Source of the DNA: an uncultured virus (IMG/VR IMGVR_UViG_3300037400_002380)
Taxonomy: Duplodnaviria; Heunggongvirae; Uroviricota; Caudoviricetes
Reading direction: 5' to 3' (one strand)
DNA length: 64,000 nucleotides
IMG/VR virus record: IMGVR_UViG_3300037400_002380
This document shows, in pieces, positions 40,038 through 49,863 of this stretch. The stretch's first letter is position 1. Each line of letters opens with the position of its first letter. The notes beneath the pieces were generated by a model. It made no database searches. It saw only the letters and a list, made by a program, of their open reading frames with translations, and was not told the DNA's origin. Position numbers and translations under genes: made by a program.

Positions 40038-43000
40038 ATGGACTTTTTCATGATTTCGACACGACCTGGCAAGAAGGGTGTTATAGAAATCTATCCTAGG
40101 TTTATTATTCCTACGAGAAAGAAAAGTTCTGACTTGATGATTCGAGGCGGCGATTTCTATGCTGTCTGGATGGAAGATAAAGGTTTGTGGTCAACGGACG
40201 AAGGAGACGTTCTTCAGACTATAGACCACGAACTAGATTTATATTTGGAAAACAAAAAAGACGAGTTTGCGGATTACAAACTCAAAGTCCTGCATATGTG
40301 GGACGCTCAGACGGGTATGATAGACACCTGGCATAAGTATTGCCAAAAGCAACTCAGGGATTCATATCACGCTCTTGATGAGAAAATTATATTTTCCAAT
40401 GTAGAACCTAAAAAGGAGGATTACGCGTCAAAGCGGCTTAGCTACCCGCTTGAAAAAGGAAGCATTGAAGCATACGACCGATTAATGTCAGTGTTATATT
40501 CTGAAGACGAACGACGCAAAATAGAATGGGCAATAGGTTCTATTGTTGCTGGAGATTCTAAGACTATTCAAAAATTCATAGTTCTGTATGGTGAGGCTGG
40601 TACCGGTAAGTCAACCGTACTTAACATAATCGATTCGTTGTTTGGTGATTATTGCATATCGTTCGAATCGAAAGTTCTTGGACAGTCTAATGCGTCGTTC
40701 GCTTTAGAACAATTCAAATCTAATCCTCTTGTCGCAATCGATCACGAGGGTAAGCTGTCTGGTTTGGAAGACAATACTAGACTCAACAGCATCGTATCCC
40801 ACGATAAAATGATTGTGAATGAAAAGTTCAAATCGCCATATGAAAACCGATTTAAGTGTTTTTTGTTTATAGGCACAAACGAACCGGTTCGCATCACAAA
40901 CGCCAAGTCGGGCCTACTCAGGAGATTAATTGATGTATCTCCTACAGGTAATAAAATCCCTAGCAGGGAATACAAAAAACTCGTAAAACAGATAGACTTC
41001 GAGTTGGGTGCAATAGCTCAACATTGCCTCGAAGTGTACACTGAAGATCCGGATCATTACGAGAATTATATTCCAACAACAATGCTAAGTGCGACAAACG
41101 ATTTCTATAACTTTGTACTTGATTCATACATAACATTTAAAAAGGAGGACGGCGTTTCTCTTGCGGTGGCTTATGAAATGTATAAAAACTACTGCGACAT
41201 GGCAAGGGTTCCGTATCCGTATACTAGAAGAGTCTTTAAAGAAGAACTCAAAAACTACTTCAAGGAATACTGTGAAAGATGTCAGCTTGAAGACGGAACA
41301 AGAGTAAGGAGCTATTACAAAAATTTCCGGGTGGAAAAATTCGAAGAACCAAATGAAATCCCAGATGAGCCAGAAAAAAAGGAGGATGATGACTGGCTGG
41401 TATTCAGGGAGCAACACTCCCTCTTCGACAGTTTATATTCTGATTGCCCTGCGCAGTACGCCAAAAAAGACGAAACCCCTTCTGTTGCGTGGGACGATGT
41501 TAAAACTACACTTAAGGATCTTGACACCAGCAAGCTCCATTATATTTTGACTCAAGCTAAAGAACCGAATCTTATTGTTATAGACTTTGACATTAAGGAT
41601 CCTGTTACTGGCGAAAAAAGCTACGATCTTAATTACGCTGCAGCAAGTAAATGGCCTAAAACTTATGCAGAACTTAGTAAGAGCGGAAAAGCTATTCATC
41701 TTCATTATATTTACAATGGGGATGTGTCACAATTAAGCAGGATTTATGATGAGCATGTTGAAATAAAAGTTTTTACAGGAAAGAGCTCTCTACGAAGGGC
41801 TCTTACTTTATGCAATGATATTGCAATAGCAACAATAAGTAGCGGTTTACCAATCAAGAAAGGAGATAAGGTGGTAAATGAGAATGTTATAAAGAGCGAG
41901 CAGGGTCTCCGCAAGCTTATTGTTCGAAATCTGAATAAAGAGATACATTCATCAACCGCATCCAGTGTCGATTTCATCTATCATATTCTGGAAGACGCTT
42001 ATGAATCAGGTCTAGTTTATGATATTTCAGATATGAAGCCGTCCATTATAGCTTTTGCCGCTTCCAGCTCCAATCAGAGCGAGAAATGCCTCAATCTTGT
42101 GACTAGGATGCATTTCAAGTCTGAGGAAGATGCTGAAAACGAAGAAGCCAGTAATGATATTTTAGTATTCTATGACATTGAAGTCTTTCCAAATCTGTTT
42201 GTTGTAAACTGGAAAAAGAGAGGGAAAGAAAACAAAGTCGTAAGAATGATCAACCCTACTGGCGAGCAGGTAAATATTTTAACACAGTTCAAACTGATCG
42301 GATTTAACAACAGGCGATATGACAATCATATTTTGTATGCTCGTGTTATGGGCTACAATAATCAACAGTTGTACGAGCTGTCTCAGAAGATTATATCTGG
42401 TGACAGAAACGCTTTCTTCGGAAATGCATACAACATTAGCTTTACTGATGTGTATGATTTCTGTTCAAAGAAACAGTCTCTGAAGAAATGGGAAATTGAG
42501 CTCGGTATACATCACCAGGAATTAGGTTTACCATGGGATAAGCCAGTACCTGAAGAACTGTGGCCCAAAGTAGCAGAGTATTGCGATAACGATGTAATTG
42601 CTACTGAGGCAGTTTTTGAAGCACGGCAGGCCGATTTCATAGCGAGAGAAATCCTGGCAGATGTTGCTGGTAGTGTTCCAAATGATACTACCAATGGCCT
42701 GACAACCAAAATTATATTTGGCGACAACAGGCATCCTCAGTCACAGTTTAATTATCGTGATATGGGAGACGAATCTGAGCGCTTTGACGATTTTGTATAC
42801 GAATCACAGTTCTATTACGATTTCGATAGTTATTACACCGCTTTTGACTTCGAAGGCAAACCGATATTCCCAGGTTACAAATACGAATCTGGTAAATCGA
42901 CATACAGAGGAGAGGAAGTAGGAGAAGGCGGATACGTATATTCTGAACCTGGAATGTACTTTAACATTGCTCTGTTAGACATCGCGTCAATGCATCCTAG

Positions 43001-44087
43001 CAGTATTGTTGCGGAAGAGCTGTTCGGACCTGAATATACAGCTCGATTTAATGATATTCTGCAGGCTCGTATTGCAATCAAGCATAAGGACTTTGACAAG
43101 GCAAGAACCATGCTTGGTGGAAAGCTTGCTAAGTATCTTACTGATGAAAGCGCTGCAAAAGATCTGGCTCAGGCTCTGAAGATTGCAATCAATTCCGTAT
43201 ATGGTCTTACTGCTGCTTTGTTCGAGAATCCCTTTCGTGATATTCGTAACAAAGATAATATCGTCGCTAAGAGAGGCGCTTTGTTCATGGTTAACCTGAA
43301 GCATGAGGTACAAAACAGAGGGTTTACAGTAGCTCACATCAAAACGGATTCCATCAAGATTCCAAACGCTACTCCTGAGATCATTAAGTTTGTTACTGAT
43401 TATGGCAAACTGTATGGCTACAACTTTGAACATGAAGCTACATACGACCGTATGTGCTTGGTTAACGACGCTGTTTATATTTGTAAACATGACGGAGAGT
43501 GGGATGCTACAGGCACGCAGTTCGCTGTTCCGTATGTCTTTAAAAAGTTATTCAGCCACGAGCCTATTAAGTTCAAAGACATGTGCGAAACAAAATCTGT
43601 AGCTAAGGGTGAGTTATATTTAGACATGAACGAATCTCTTCCCGACGTTTCGATGATCGAGAAAGAACTGGACAAAGCCGTTCAGAAGTACAAGAAAGGG
43701 CTTCTCTCTGATATTTCGTACGATGAAATTAAAGCTAGGTTAGAACCAGAGATTGAGGAAGGTCATTCTTATCAATTCGTAGGACGAGTTGGATCGTTCT
43801 GCCCGATCAAGCCCGGATTGGGCGGAGGCGTTCTGTACAGGAAGCAGGACGGCAAATACTATGCTGCTGCAGGAACTAAGGGCTATCGCTGGCTAGAGTC
43901 TGAAACCGTCAGGGATTTAGAGAACGCACGAGATATGATAGACGAGTCCTATTATATTTCTCTGGTCGATGACGCAGTGGATACTATTTCTCAGTACGGA
44001 GATTTTGAGATGTTTGTTTCTGATGATCCTATTGCGAAGTATATGAATGTGCCAGAATCTACTGAAGAGGAGATTCCCTTCGCATAA
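40038..44087 (+). CDS. Fused SF3 helicase - primase-like - family B DNA polymerase
   Basis: Walker A GEAGTGKST; VIDFD and SKSGKAIHLHY primase-like motifs; exonuclease FYDIE; PolB motifs DIASMHPS, KIAINSVYG, KTDS. Confidence 0.85.
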   Translation: MDFFMISTRPGKKGVIEIYPRFIIPTRKKSSDLMIRGGDFYAVWMEDKGLWSTDEGDVLQTIDHELDLYLENKKDEFADYKLKVLHMWDAQTGMIDTWHKYCQKQLRDSYHALDEKIIFSNVEPKKEDYASKRLSYPLEKGSIEAYDRLMSVLYSEDERRKIEWAIGSIVAGDSKTIQKFIVLYGEAGTGKSTVLNIIDSLFGDYCISFESKVLGQSNASFALEQFKSNPLVAIDHEGKLSGLEDNTRLNSIVSHDKMIVNEKFKSPYENRFKCFLFIGTNEPVRITNAKSGLLRRLIDVSPTGNKIPSREYKKLVKQIDFELGAIAQHCLEVYTEDPDHYENYIPTTMLSATNDFYNFVLDSYITFKKEDGVSLAVAYEMYKNYCDMARVPYPYTRRVFKEELKNYFKEYCERCQLEDGTRVRSYYKNFRVEKFEEPNEIPDEPEKKEDDDWLVFREQHSLFDSLYSDCPAQYAKKDETPSVAWDDVKTTLKDLDTSKLHYILTQAKEPNLIVIDFDIKDPVTGEKSYDLNYAAASKWPKTYAELSKSGKAIHLHYIYNGDVSQLSRIYDEHVEIKVFTGKSSLRRALTLCNDIAIATISSGLPIKKGDKVVNENVIKSEQGLRKLIVRNLNKEIHSSTASSVDFIYHILEDAYESGLVYDISDMKPSIIAFAASSSNQSEKCLNLVTRMHFKSEEDAENEEASNDILVFYDIEVFPNLFVVNWKKRGKENKVVRMINPTGEQVNILTQFKLIGFNNRRYDNHILYARVMGYNNQQLYELSQKIISGDRNAFFGNAYNISFTDVYDFCSKKQSLKKWEIELGIHHQELGLPWDKPVPEELWPKVAEYCDNDVIATEAVFEARQADFIAREILADVAGSVPNDTTNGLTTKIIFGDNRHPQSQFNYRDMGDESERFDDFVYESQFYYDFDSYYTAFDFEGKPIFPGYKYESGKSTYRGEEVGEGGYVYSEPGMYFNIALLDIASMHPSSIVAEELFGPEYTARFNDILQARIAIKHKDFDKARTMLGGKLAKYLTDESAAKDLAQALKIAINSVYGLTAALFENPFRDIRNKDNIVAKRGALFMVNLKHEVQNRGFTVAHIKTDSIKIPNATPEIIKFVTDYGKLYGYNFEHEATYDRMCLVNDAVYICKHDGEWDATGTQFAVPYVFKKLFSHEPIKFKDMCETKSVAKGELYLDMNESLPDVSMIEKELDKAVQKYKKGLLSDISYDEIKARLEPEIEEGHSYQFVGRVGSFCPIKPGLGGGVLYRKQDGKYYAAAGTKGYRWLESETVRDLENARDMIDESYYISLVDDAVDTISQYGDFEMFVSDDPIAKYMNVPESTEEEIPFA

Positions 44088-44143
44088 TTAACAACGCCCT
44101 TTATGGAAGTATTGTTTTTATATTTTAGAAAGGAGTAACTGTT

Positions 44144-44383
44144 ATGAAAGATACTTTTAGTGTAATTAGTGAGACCGCATTAGTAACCATCGAATGTGGA
44201 GTCGCAGCAGGTATGCTGGGCATCGCATTAGCTGGCAGCAAACTGAGCGATTTATTCGCGCGGGGCGGTGTTAAGCTCGTGCAAATGGCCGGAGATCGTG
44301 CTATGAACTCCTCGTGGCTTGGTGACGAGGCAAAGTCTCGGGTCGGAAACATTATGAGTGACATCAATAATGTAGCTCCGTGA
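44144..44383 (+). CDS. Hypothetical protein (cassette)
   Basis: Motif at 44081, RBS, hairpin at ~44418. Confidence 0.55.
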   Translation: MKDTFSVISETALVTIECGVAAGMLGIALAGSKLSDLFARGGVKLVQMAGDRAMNSSWLGDEAKSRVGNIMSDINNVAP

Positions 44384-44507
44384 CGAAAATCGAGAACAAT
44401 ATTTTGTAACTGATGACCGAGCCCCTGTGGTGTGTGATTAACACTGCGGGGGCTCTTGTCTTTTCGCCAGATTAACAATCTCCTTTATAGAAAGGAGATT
44501 TTTTGAC

Positions 44508-44735
44508 ATGATGAAAAAAATAATTATTGGAACTGTGGTTGGTTGTTCAGTTGTGTACGCTATTAAAATTGGAGTCGTCGCAACAAAAGAAGCCCTTAAC
44601 GAGTTCGTAAGGCGCGAACGAGAAAGGGCAATCAACAAGACTGTTGACGACTTCGTAAAAGCGGTCGTGTTCAACCGAGTAGTAACAATTGACAGTGAAC
44701 ATAATGGGAGCGTTACTGTCAAAATGATCAAATAG
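44508..44735 (+). CDS. Hypothetical membrane-anchored protein (cassette)
   Basis: Motif at 44465, RBS, hairpin at ~44743. Confidence 0.55.
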   Translation: MMKKIIIGTVVGCSVVYAIKIGVVATKEALNEFVRRERERAINKTVDDFVKAVVFNRVVTIDSEHNGSVTVKMIK

Positions 44736-44809
44736 CAAAAAGCGAGGGGCTGTGTACAAAATGTACATGGCCTCTTGTCGTTTTATATTTTAAGAAAAGG
44801 AGAATAACT

Positions 44810-45295
44810 ATGGAAAAACATTTTGTAGCACCTGAGAATTTTGAAAACGCAAGGATCATTTACCGGAACTTTACTGGGGCTGGATCGAGATTTAGCAAAG
44901 AAGGTGAGAGAAAATTCACGTACGAGTTCTATGACGACGACGAAGCCGAGAGACTCAGAAACCTTGGCTGGTATGTAAAAACCAAGGTCGGCAGAGAAGA
45001 AGGAGATCCGGTTAGGTATCACATCGACGTAGCTGTGAGTTTTAAGTCTTTTCCAAATGTGCCGCCTGCAGCAATTTATATTTATTCCAATGGAGTAAGA
45101 ACACAGCTCAACGAAGACACCGTCAGTATGTTGGATTCTGCAGAGATCAGAACCGTTGATCTGACTATCAGACCTCGCTGGTGGCTTGACGATCGCACTA
45201 ATGAATGGAAGGTTAAAGCGTATCTGAAAGAAATGCATGTTACTCTGGAGCCTTCTCCCTGGGCAAGTAAGTATGCCGATTACGACGAGGAATGA
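44810..45295 (+). CDS. Probable single-stranded DNA-binding protein
   Basis: IIYRNFTG..EG.RKF, VDLTIRP, KAYLK, acidic tail; near the replicase. Confidence 0.65.
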   Translation: MEKHFVAPENFENARIIYRNFTGAGSRFSKEGERKFTYEFYDDDEAERLRNLGWYVKTKVGREEGDPVRYHIDVAVSFKSFPNVPPAAIYIYSNGVRTQLNEDTVSMLDSAEIRTVDLTIRPRWWLDDRTNEWKVKAYLKEMHVTLEPSPWASKYADYDEE

Positions 45296-45359
45296 TATTT
45301 ATACGCACTATTTGCACCTCCTTTTATGCAATAATAACTATTTCGGAAAGGAGATACAA

Positions 45360-45707
45360 ATGAATAGGTTTTATAAAAATTGGGCGTTCCCCTATAAAGA
45401 CCCTGATGATATAGTCCTATCTGCCGGATGCAGGTGGATGGTACTTTACATTCCCAAAGACGGTCGAGATTTCAACCGGCACGAATTAAAACCCGGAAAT
45501 AGATTTTGGAGTCTGTGTAAAGACACAGTGCTCTACGATCTGAAAAAGAAGGTTAAATCAGTGTTGGGTTATGATGATGGCGGACTTTGGATGTTTGAGG
45601 ATCGACACTACTCGGTGTGGGAAATTAATGTTCAGGCCAAACTGGGGACAAAGAAATACGAAGCTTTAAAAAAAGTAGGCTTCAAAGAAAGAGATTATTG
45701 CGTCTGA
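45360..45707 (+). CDS. Hypothetical protein (cassette)
   Basis: Motif at 45304, RBS AAAGGAG, ATG 45360, hairpin at 45714. Confidence 0.55.
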   Translation: MNRFYKNWAFPYKDPDDIVLSAGCRWMVLYIPKDGRDFNRHELKPGNRFWSLCKDTVLYDLKKKVKSVLGYDDGGLWMFEDRHYSVWEINVQAKLGTKKYEALKKVGFKERDYCV

Positions 45708-45822
45708 AAGGCGAGCCTCTGTAGGTATCAAAAAGATATTTGCAGAGGCTTTTGCTTTTTCGCAGGATTTACGCCTCCTTTTATGCAAACAAAAACTGTT
45801 TTTTATTTATAGGAGGTAAACT

Positions 45823-46092
45823 ATGTGGAATTGGAAAAATAATCTTGCCAATAACCTGGAGTATTCAATATACGTAGCAAGCTTTGTAAAAGCATGCTCG
45901 CGTATGGGACTTAAACCGAGTTATCGACTGTGCATGGAATGGCTTAGCAGCCTGACCGTAAACGGCGAGAAGCTGTCGGAAGAAGACAAAAGCGGCATCT
46001 GTAACATGCTTGATAACGGTAAATTGGAACTCCAGGAACATTGCGAAAAATTTCTGGAACCAATAGTCTATGACGAAGATGAATATGATTGA
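45823..46092 (+). CDS. Hypothetical protein (cassette)
   Basis: Motif at 45761, RBS AGGAGG, hairpin at 46106. Confidence 0.6.
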   Translation: MWNWKNNLANNLEYSIYVASFVKACSRMGLKPSYRLCMEWLSSLTVNGEKLSEEDKSGICNMLDNGKLELQEHCEKFLEPIVYDEDEYD

Positions 46093-46194
46093 TTTGTAAG
46101 TGTATGGCTCACTGTGATATTTACAGTGGGTCTTACGTTTTCGCTATGTTTACATCTCCTATTATAGAAAGATTCAATATAGGAGGTGCTAAAA

Positions 46195-46473
46195 ATGAAA
46201 GTCACGTTATTAATTTATAAGGAAAAAGTGTTATCTAGAATGATGACGCTTAAGGAATTGAAGCATACTATGACCTATCTTAAGGAGCTATACCTTAGAA
46301 AATCCATGACTCTGGATGATATTTCCAGGGAATTCGGATTCACAGGTATACGCGACGGAAAGACAGAACTTGTGTGCAGCAGACCTGAAGCGAGATATTC
46401 GTTCAGAGAACCAAAAACCGTGTTAATTAACTGCGAGTCCGTAAAGATTGGCAGCGACAAGTATTTGATCTGA
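46195..46473 (+). CDS. Hypothetical protein (cassette)
   Basis: Motif at 46142, RBS AGGAGG, hairpin at 46478. Confidence 0.55.
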   Translation: MKVTLLIYKEKVLSRMMTLKELKHTMTYLKELYLRKSMTLDDISREFGFTGIRDGKTELVCSRPEARYSFREPKTVLINCESVKIGSDKYLI

Positions 46474-46582
46474 AGACGAGAGTCTGTGCTGTATGATATT
46501 TAGCAGCATGGACTCTTTGTTTTTCGCACTATTTACATACCTCTTTATAGAAACGTTAATTAATTTGTAAGGAGGTATATTT

Positions 46583-46762
46583 ATGAGAACAATCATTAAG
46601 AAATGGCTCAGCACCCCTATCACATGGGGAAGTTACTTCAGATTTGGCGGTATCTTGAGTTTGATAACGACAATCTGGTGTGTACTTTGGTACATAAAGA
46701 TCGGGCTGCTTGCCAACCCGTTAGATTGGATTCACGAAAAACTGAATAAAGAAGAAGATTGA
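46583..46762 (+). CDS. 59-aa membrane protein (cassette; absent from ORF track)
   Basis: Motif at 46525, RBS AAGGAGG, MRTIIKKWLSTPITWG..., hairpin plus T19. Confidence 0.55.
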   Translation: MRTIIKKWLSTPITWGSYFRFGGILSLITTIWCVLWYIKIGLLANPLDWIHEKLNKEED

Positions 46763-47260
46763 TGTTTCAAACACAGGGTTCTGTGGGTGCTTAGAGGCCG
46801 CGCTCACAGGGCCCTTTTTTTTTTTTTTTTTTTGCGTTAATAAAGTCGCTGCGAAAATCCTGTAGCCCTTTGCGGTTATTGATTCCATGTTCATTCGCAC
46901 CTCCTTTCTTCCAAGCGTACATTAAGGACAAGTACCAGCGACTTTATTATATATTTTGGAGGAGCTATGCAATACCCGTACAAAATAGTAAGATTTGACG
47001 AATACTGTAAGACATGCACAAGTCGGCTTCTTGATGAAAGCGAGGAACCTTGCAATACATGTTTAGAAGTTAGCGTAAGAGAAGGAACGAGGGAGCCGCT
47101 CAAATATGTCAAAGATACTAAAAAGCGAACGAAATAGGCTAAAGAAAGCAGCGAGGCAACTATTATATCCTGAGTGGGTTCAGTCAGCTTTAGACAAAGC
47201 CCAAACAGAAGAGGAAGCATCTAGGATTATGACTATTGCGAGGAAGGAGAATTCAAACTA

Positions 47261-47584
47261 TTGGAAGGACAGAAAATAGATAATGTAAATCATCCCGCGC
47301 ATTATGAGGCAAGCACGTCAATAGAATGCATCGAAGCCATGGAGCTGATATTTGACTTCGACGACGTGCAGCAATTTTGTTTGTGCAATGCCTTCAAGTA
47401 TATTTGGAGGCACAAACACAAGAACGGTCTTGAGGATCTTGATAAAGCACAGTGGTACATCAACCATGCGGTACAGTTATACAACGATAACGACATTATT
47501 GACACAGATCTGTGGAGTCCTAACGTTGATCGCCTTCAGAATCTTCTAAACGTTAAGAGGAAGCAATGGCTGGAATCTCACTAA
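47261..47584 (+). CDS. DUF3310 (T7 gp1.7-like nucleotide kinase) protein
   Basis: DNVNHPAHY..IECIEAM..FCLCNAFKYIWR..KNGLEDLDKAQWY. Confidence 0.85.
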   Translation: MEGQKIDNVNHPAHYEASTSIECIEAMELIFDFDDVQQFCLCNAFKYIWRHKHKNGLEDLDKAQWYINHAVQLYNDNDIIDTDLWSPNVDRLQNLLNVKRKQWLESH

Positions 47585-48795
47585 AACAATACCAGCTAGA
47601 TGCTGTGCATAAGATGAAAAGAGGCTGCATTCTCTGCGGAGGCGTTGGCAGTGGTAAGTCTAGAACGGCTTTAGCTTACTATTATATTTGCAATGGCGGA
47701 AAGCTAGATACAAAAAACTACGTCATGATGAAGAAACCCCGAGATCTCTATATTATTACCACAGCTCGTAAGCGAGACACCTGCGAATGGGAGCAGGAGT
47801 TGGCACCGTTTCTATTATCTACAAATCCTGATGCAATGCCATACAAAGATCTGAAAGTGACAATAGACTCGTGGAATAATATAAAAAAATATAAAAATAT
47901 CAGAGGGGCCTTTTTTATATTTGACGAGCAGCGTGTAGTCGGTTCCGGAGCATGGGTCAAAGCTTTTGAAAAAATTGCCTGGTGGGGTAATCACTGGATC
48001 CTTTTGTCTGCCACGCCAGGCGATAACTGGCTAGATTATATTCCTGTGTTCGTTGCAAATGGGTTTTACAAAAATCGTACAGAATTTATGCGTGAGCATG
48101 TAGTTCGTAATGGGTATGTTAAGTTCTTCAAGGTAGAAAGATATTTAGGTACTCGTAGACTCGAACGATTGCGGGACAGTATTCTGGTCAATATGGATTT
48201 CCTGAGACCTACCGTGCAACATCACGAAACTATCTGGGTGGAATACGATAGGCAGGGTTACAAAGATATTTGCAGGACTCGCTGGAATCCTTGGGAAGAA
48301 GATCCGATCAAGAACGCTAGCGAATTTTGTCAATGTCTCAGAAAACTCGTAAACCTGGATGAGTCTAGATTAACTGCGCTGCTTGAGATCCTGGAGAAGC
48401 ACCCGAAAGCTATTATATTTTACAACTATGATTACGAGCTTGAGCTGCTTAGAGACATTAACAACTATATTCATCCTGACTTCGAAATAGCAGAGTGGAA
48501 CGGACACAAGCATCAGCCTATACCAGATGGTGACAGGTGGGTGTATCTGGTACAGTACAACGCTGGAGCAGAAGGATGGAACTGCATAAGAACAGACACC
48601 ATTATATTTTACTCTCAGAACTATAGCTACAAAGTCATGGTACAGGCCAGCGGTAGGATCGACAGAATGAATACGCCATTTGTGGATTTATATTTCTATC
48701 ATTTGAAATCGCATAGCAGTATTGATCTGGCAATAAGCAAGGCGCTAACCGAAAAGAAGAAATTCAATGAGACGAGATTCTATGGAGGTAAATGA
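47566..48795 (+). CDS. SF2 (SNF2-like) helicase
   Basis: GGVGSGKS, FIFDEQ, LLSATP, QASGRIDR. Confidence 0.85.
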   Translation: MAGISLKQYQLDAVHKMKRGCILCGGVGSGKSRTALAYYYICNGGKLDTKNYVMMKKPRDLYIITTARKRDTCEWEQELAPFLLSTNPDAMPYKDLKVTIDSWNNIKKYKNIRGAFFIFDEQRVVGSGAWVKAFEKIAWWGNHWILLSATPGDNWLDYIPVFVANGFYKNRTEFMREHVVRNGYVKFFKVERYLGTRRLERLRDSILVNMDFLRPTVQHHETIWVEYDRQGYKDICRTRWNPWEEDPIKNASEFCQCLRKLVNLDESRLTALLEILEKHPKAIIFYNYDYELELLRDINNYIHPDFEIAEWNGHKHQPIPDGDRWVYLVQYNAGAEGWNCIRTDTIIFYSQNYSYKVMVQASGRIDRMNTPFVDLYFYHLKSHSSIDLAISKALTEKKKFNETRFYGGK

Positions 48796-49017
48796 TGGTA
48801 GAGTATCCCATTCAAGTTAGATGGCCTTATGAACCACCGCTTGCAAGAGCCATGAGATCGCAAGACTGGATAATATGGTTTTCTTATCAAGTTTTGTTTT
48901 TAGGGACAAGCGCAGATTTTATACGAACTTATTTTGCATTCGAACGTTTCTCCGCCAAATAAACAACTCCTTTTATGAACAAGTAAATTATATTTCACAA
49001 GCAAAAGGAGGTAAAAA

Positions 49018-49314
49018 ATGAAGAAATACGGCATAGCAATGTCGCTGTCAACAAACGAAGCCTACCTACAGTTCGAAACGGACACTGTAGAGGTTCAATT
49101 CAGTGTGCTCTGGGCAAAGAGCCCGGCAGATGGCTGGTATTTTGTTATTCTTCGAGATAACGACGGTCAACCTATTGAAATTATGAGGATGGCCGACGAG
49201 TCGAATAAAAATTACAAAGTATTCAGGTCTACCGTGGAGCACTACGCCGGAACATTTGAGTTCGAGGTTGTAATAGTGCCGAGTATTGGAATGTGGGAAG
49301 TACACGTTAAGTAA
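49018..49314 (+). CDS. Hypothetical protein (cassette)
   Basis: Motif at 48953, RBS, hairpin at ~49335. Confidence 0.6.
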   Translation: MKKYGIAMSLSTNEAYLQFETDTVEVQFSVLWAKSPADGWYFVILRDNDGQPIEIMRMADESNKNYKVFRSTVEHYAGTFEFEVVIVPSIGMWEVHVK

Positions 49315-49427
49315 AAGGCAGTTACATTCTGGCGAGGAGGTAATTCTAAAAAGAGTTGCCTCCTTTTGTTTTTCGCAATATTTACTGTCTATATTATGAC
49401 TATAAACTTTTTAAGAAAGGAGACTAA

Positions 49428-49790
49428 TATGGAAAAGTATATTGCAAAATTTGATTTTAAACCTGAATTCAAGGGGCTTGAGTTCGAAAAGCAACTGGCA
49501 ATCGATCTGTATACCAAAGCGCGGAACTTGTTCTGTGACCTCGCAAACGAATGCTACGAAAAATGGAACGACGAATACAACGAGCAGAAAGATGGCTCGT
49601 ATGATTCGTATATTTCTAAGAAACAGCAAGTCGTTGTAGACGTGGTAAACGGACAATTGAAAAAGAGCGCTCCGATAAAGCAGATCATGAAACTCAAATT
49701 GAACGAAGACAATGATGTAGACGGAATTTATAAGTCAATTGGACAAGAATACAGGATTTCTATGTATATTGTACCTTCGACTACTAAGTA
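49428..49790 (+). CDS. Hypothetical protein (cassette)
   Basis: Motif at 49374, RBS AAAGGAG before MEKYIAK, hairpin at 49803. Confidence 0.55.
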
Positions 49791-49863
49791 ATAGTCAACT
49801 ATAGACTCTCTGTAAGTATCGGAATGATATTTGCAGGGAGTCTTTTGTTTTTAAGGAGGTTTT

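Noticed and set aside
46815..46833. Poly-T tracts (also 30944-30957) as phase-variation switches
   Set aside because: They follow hairpins as terminator tails in intergenic DNA; their length may also be a sequencing artefact
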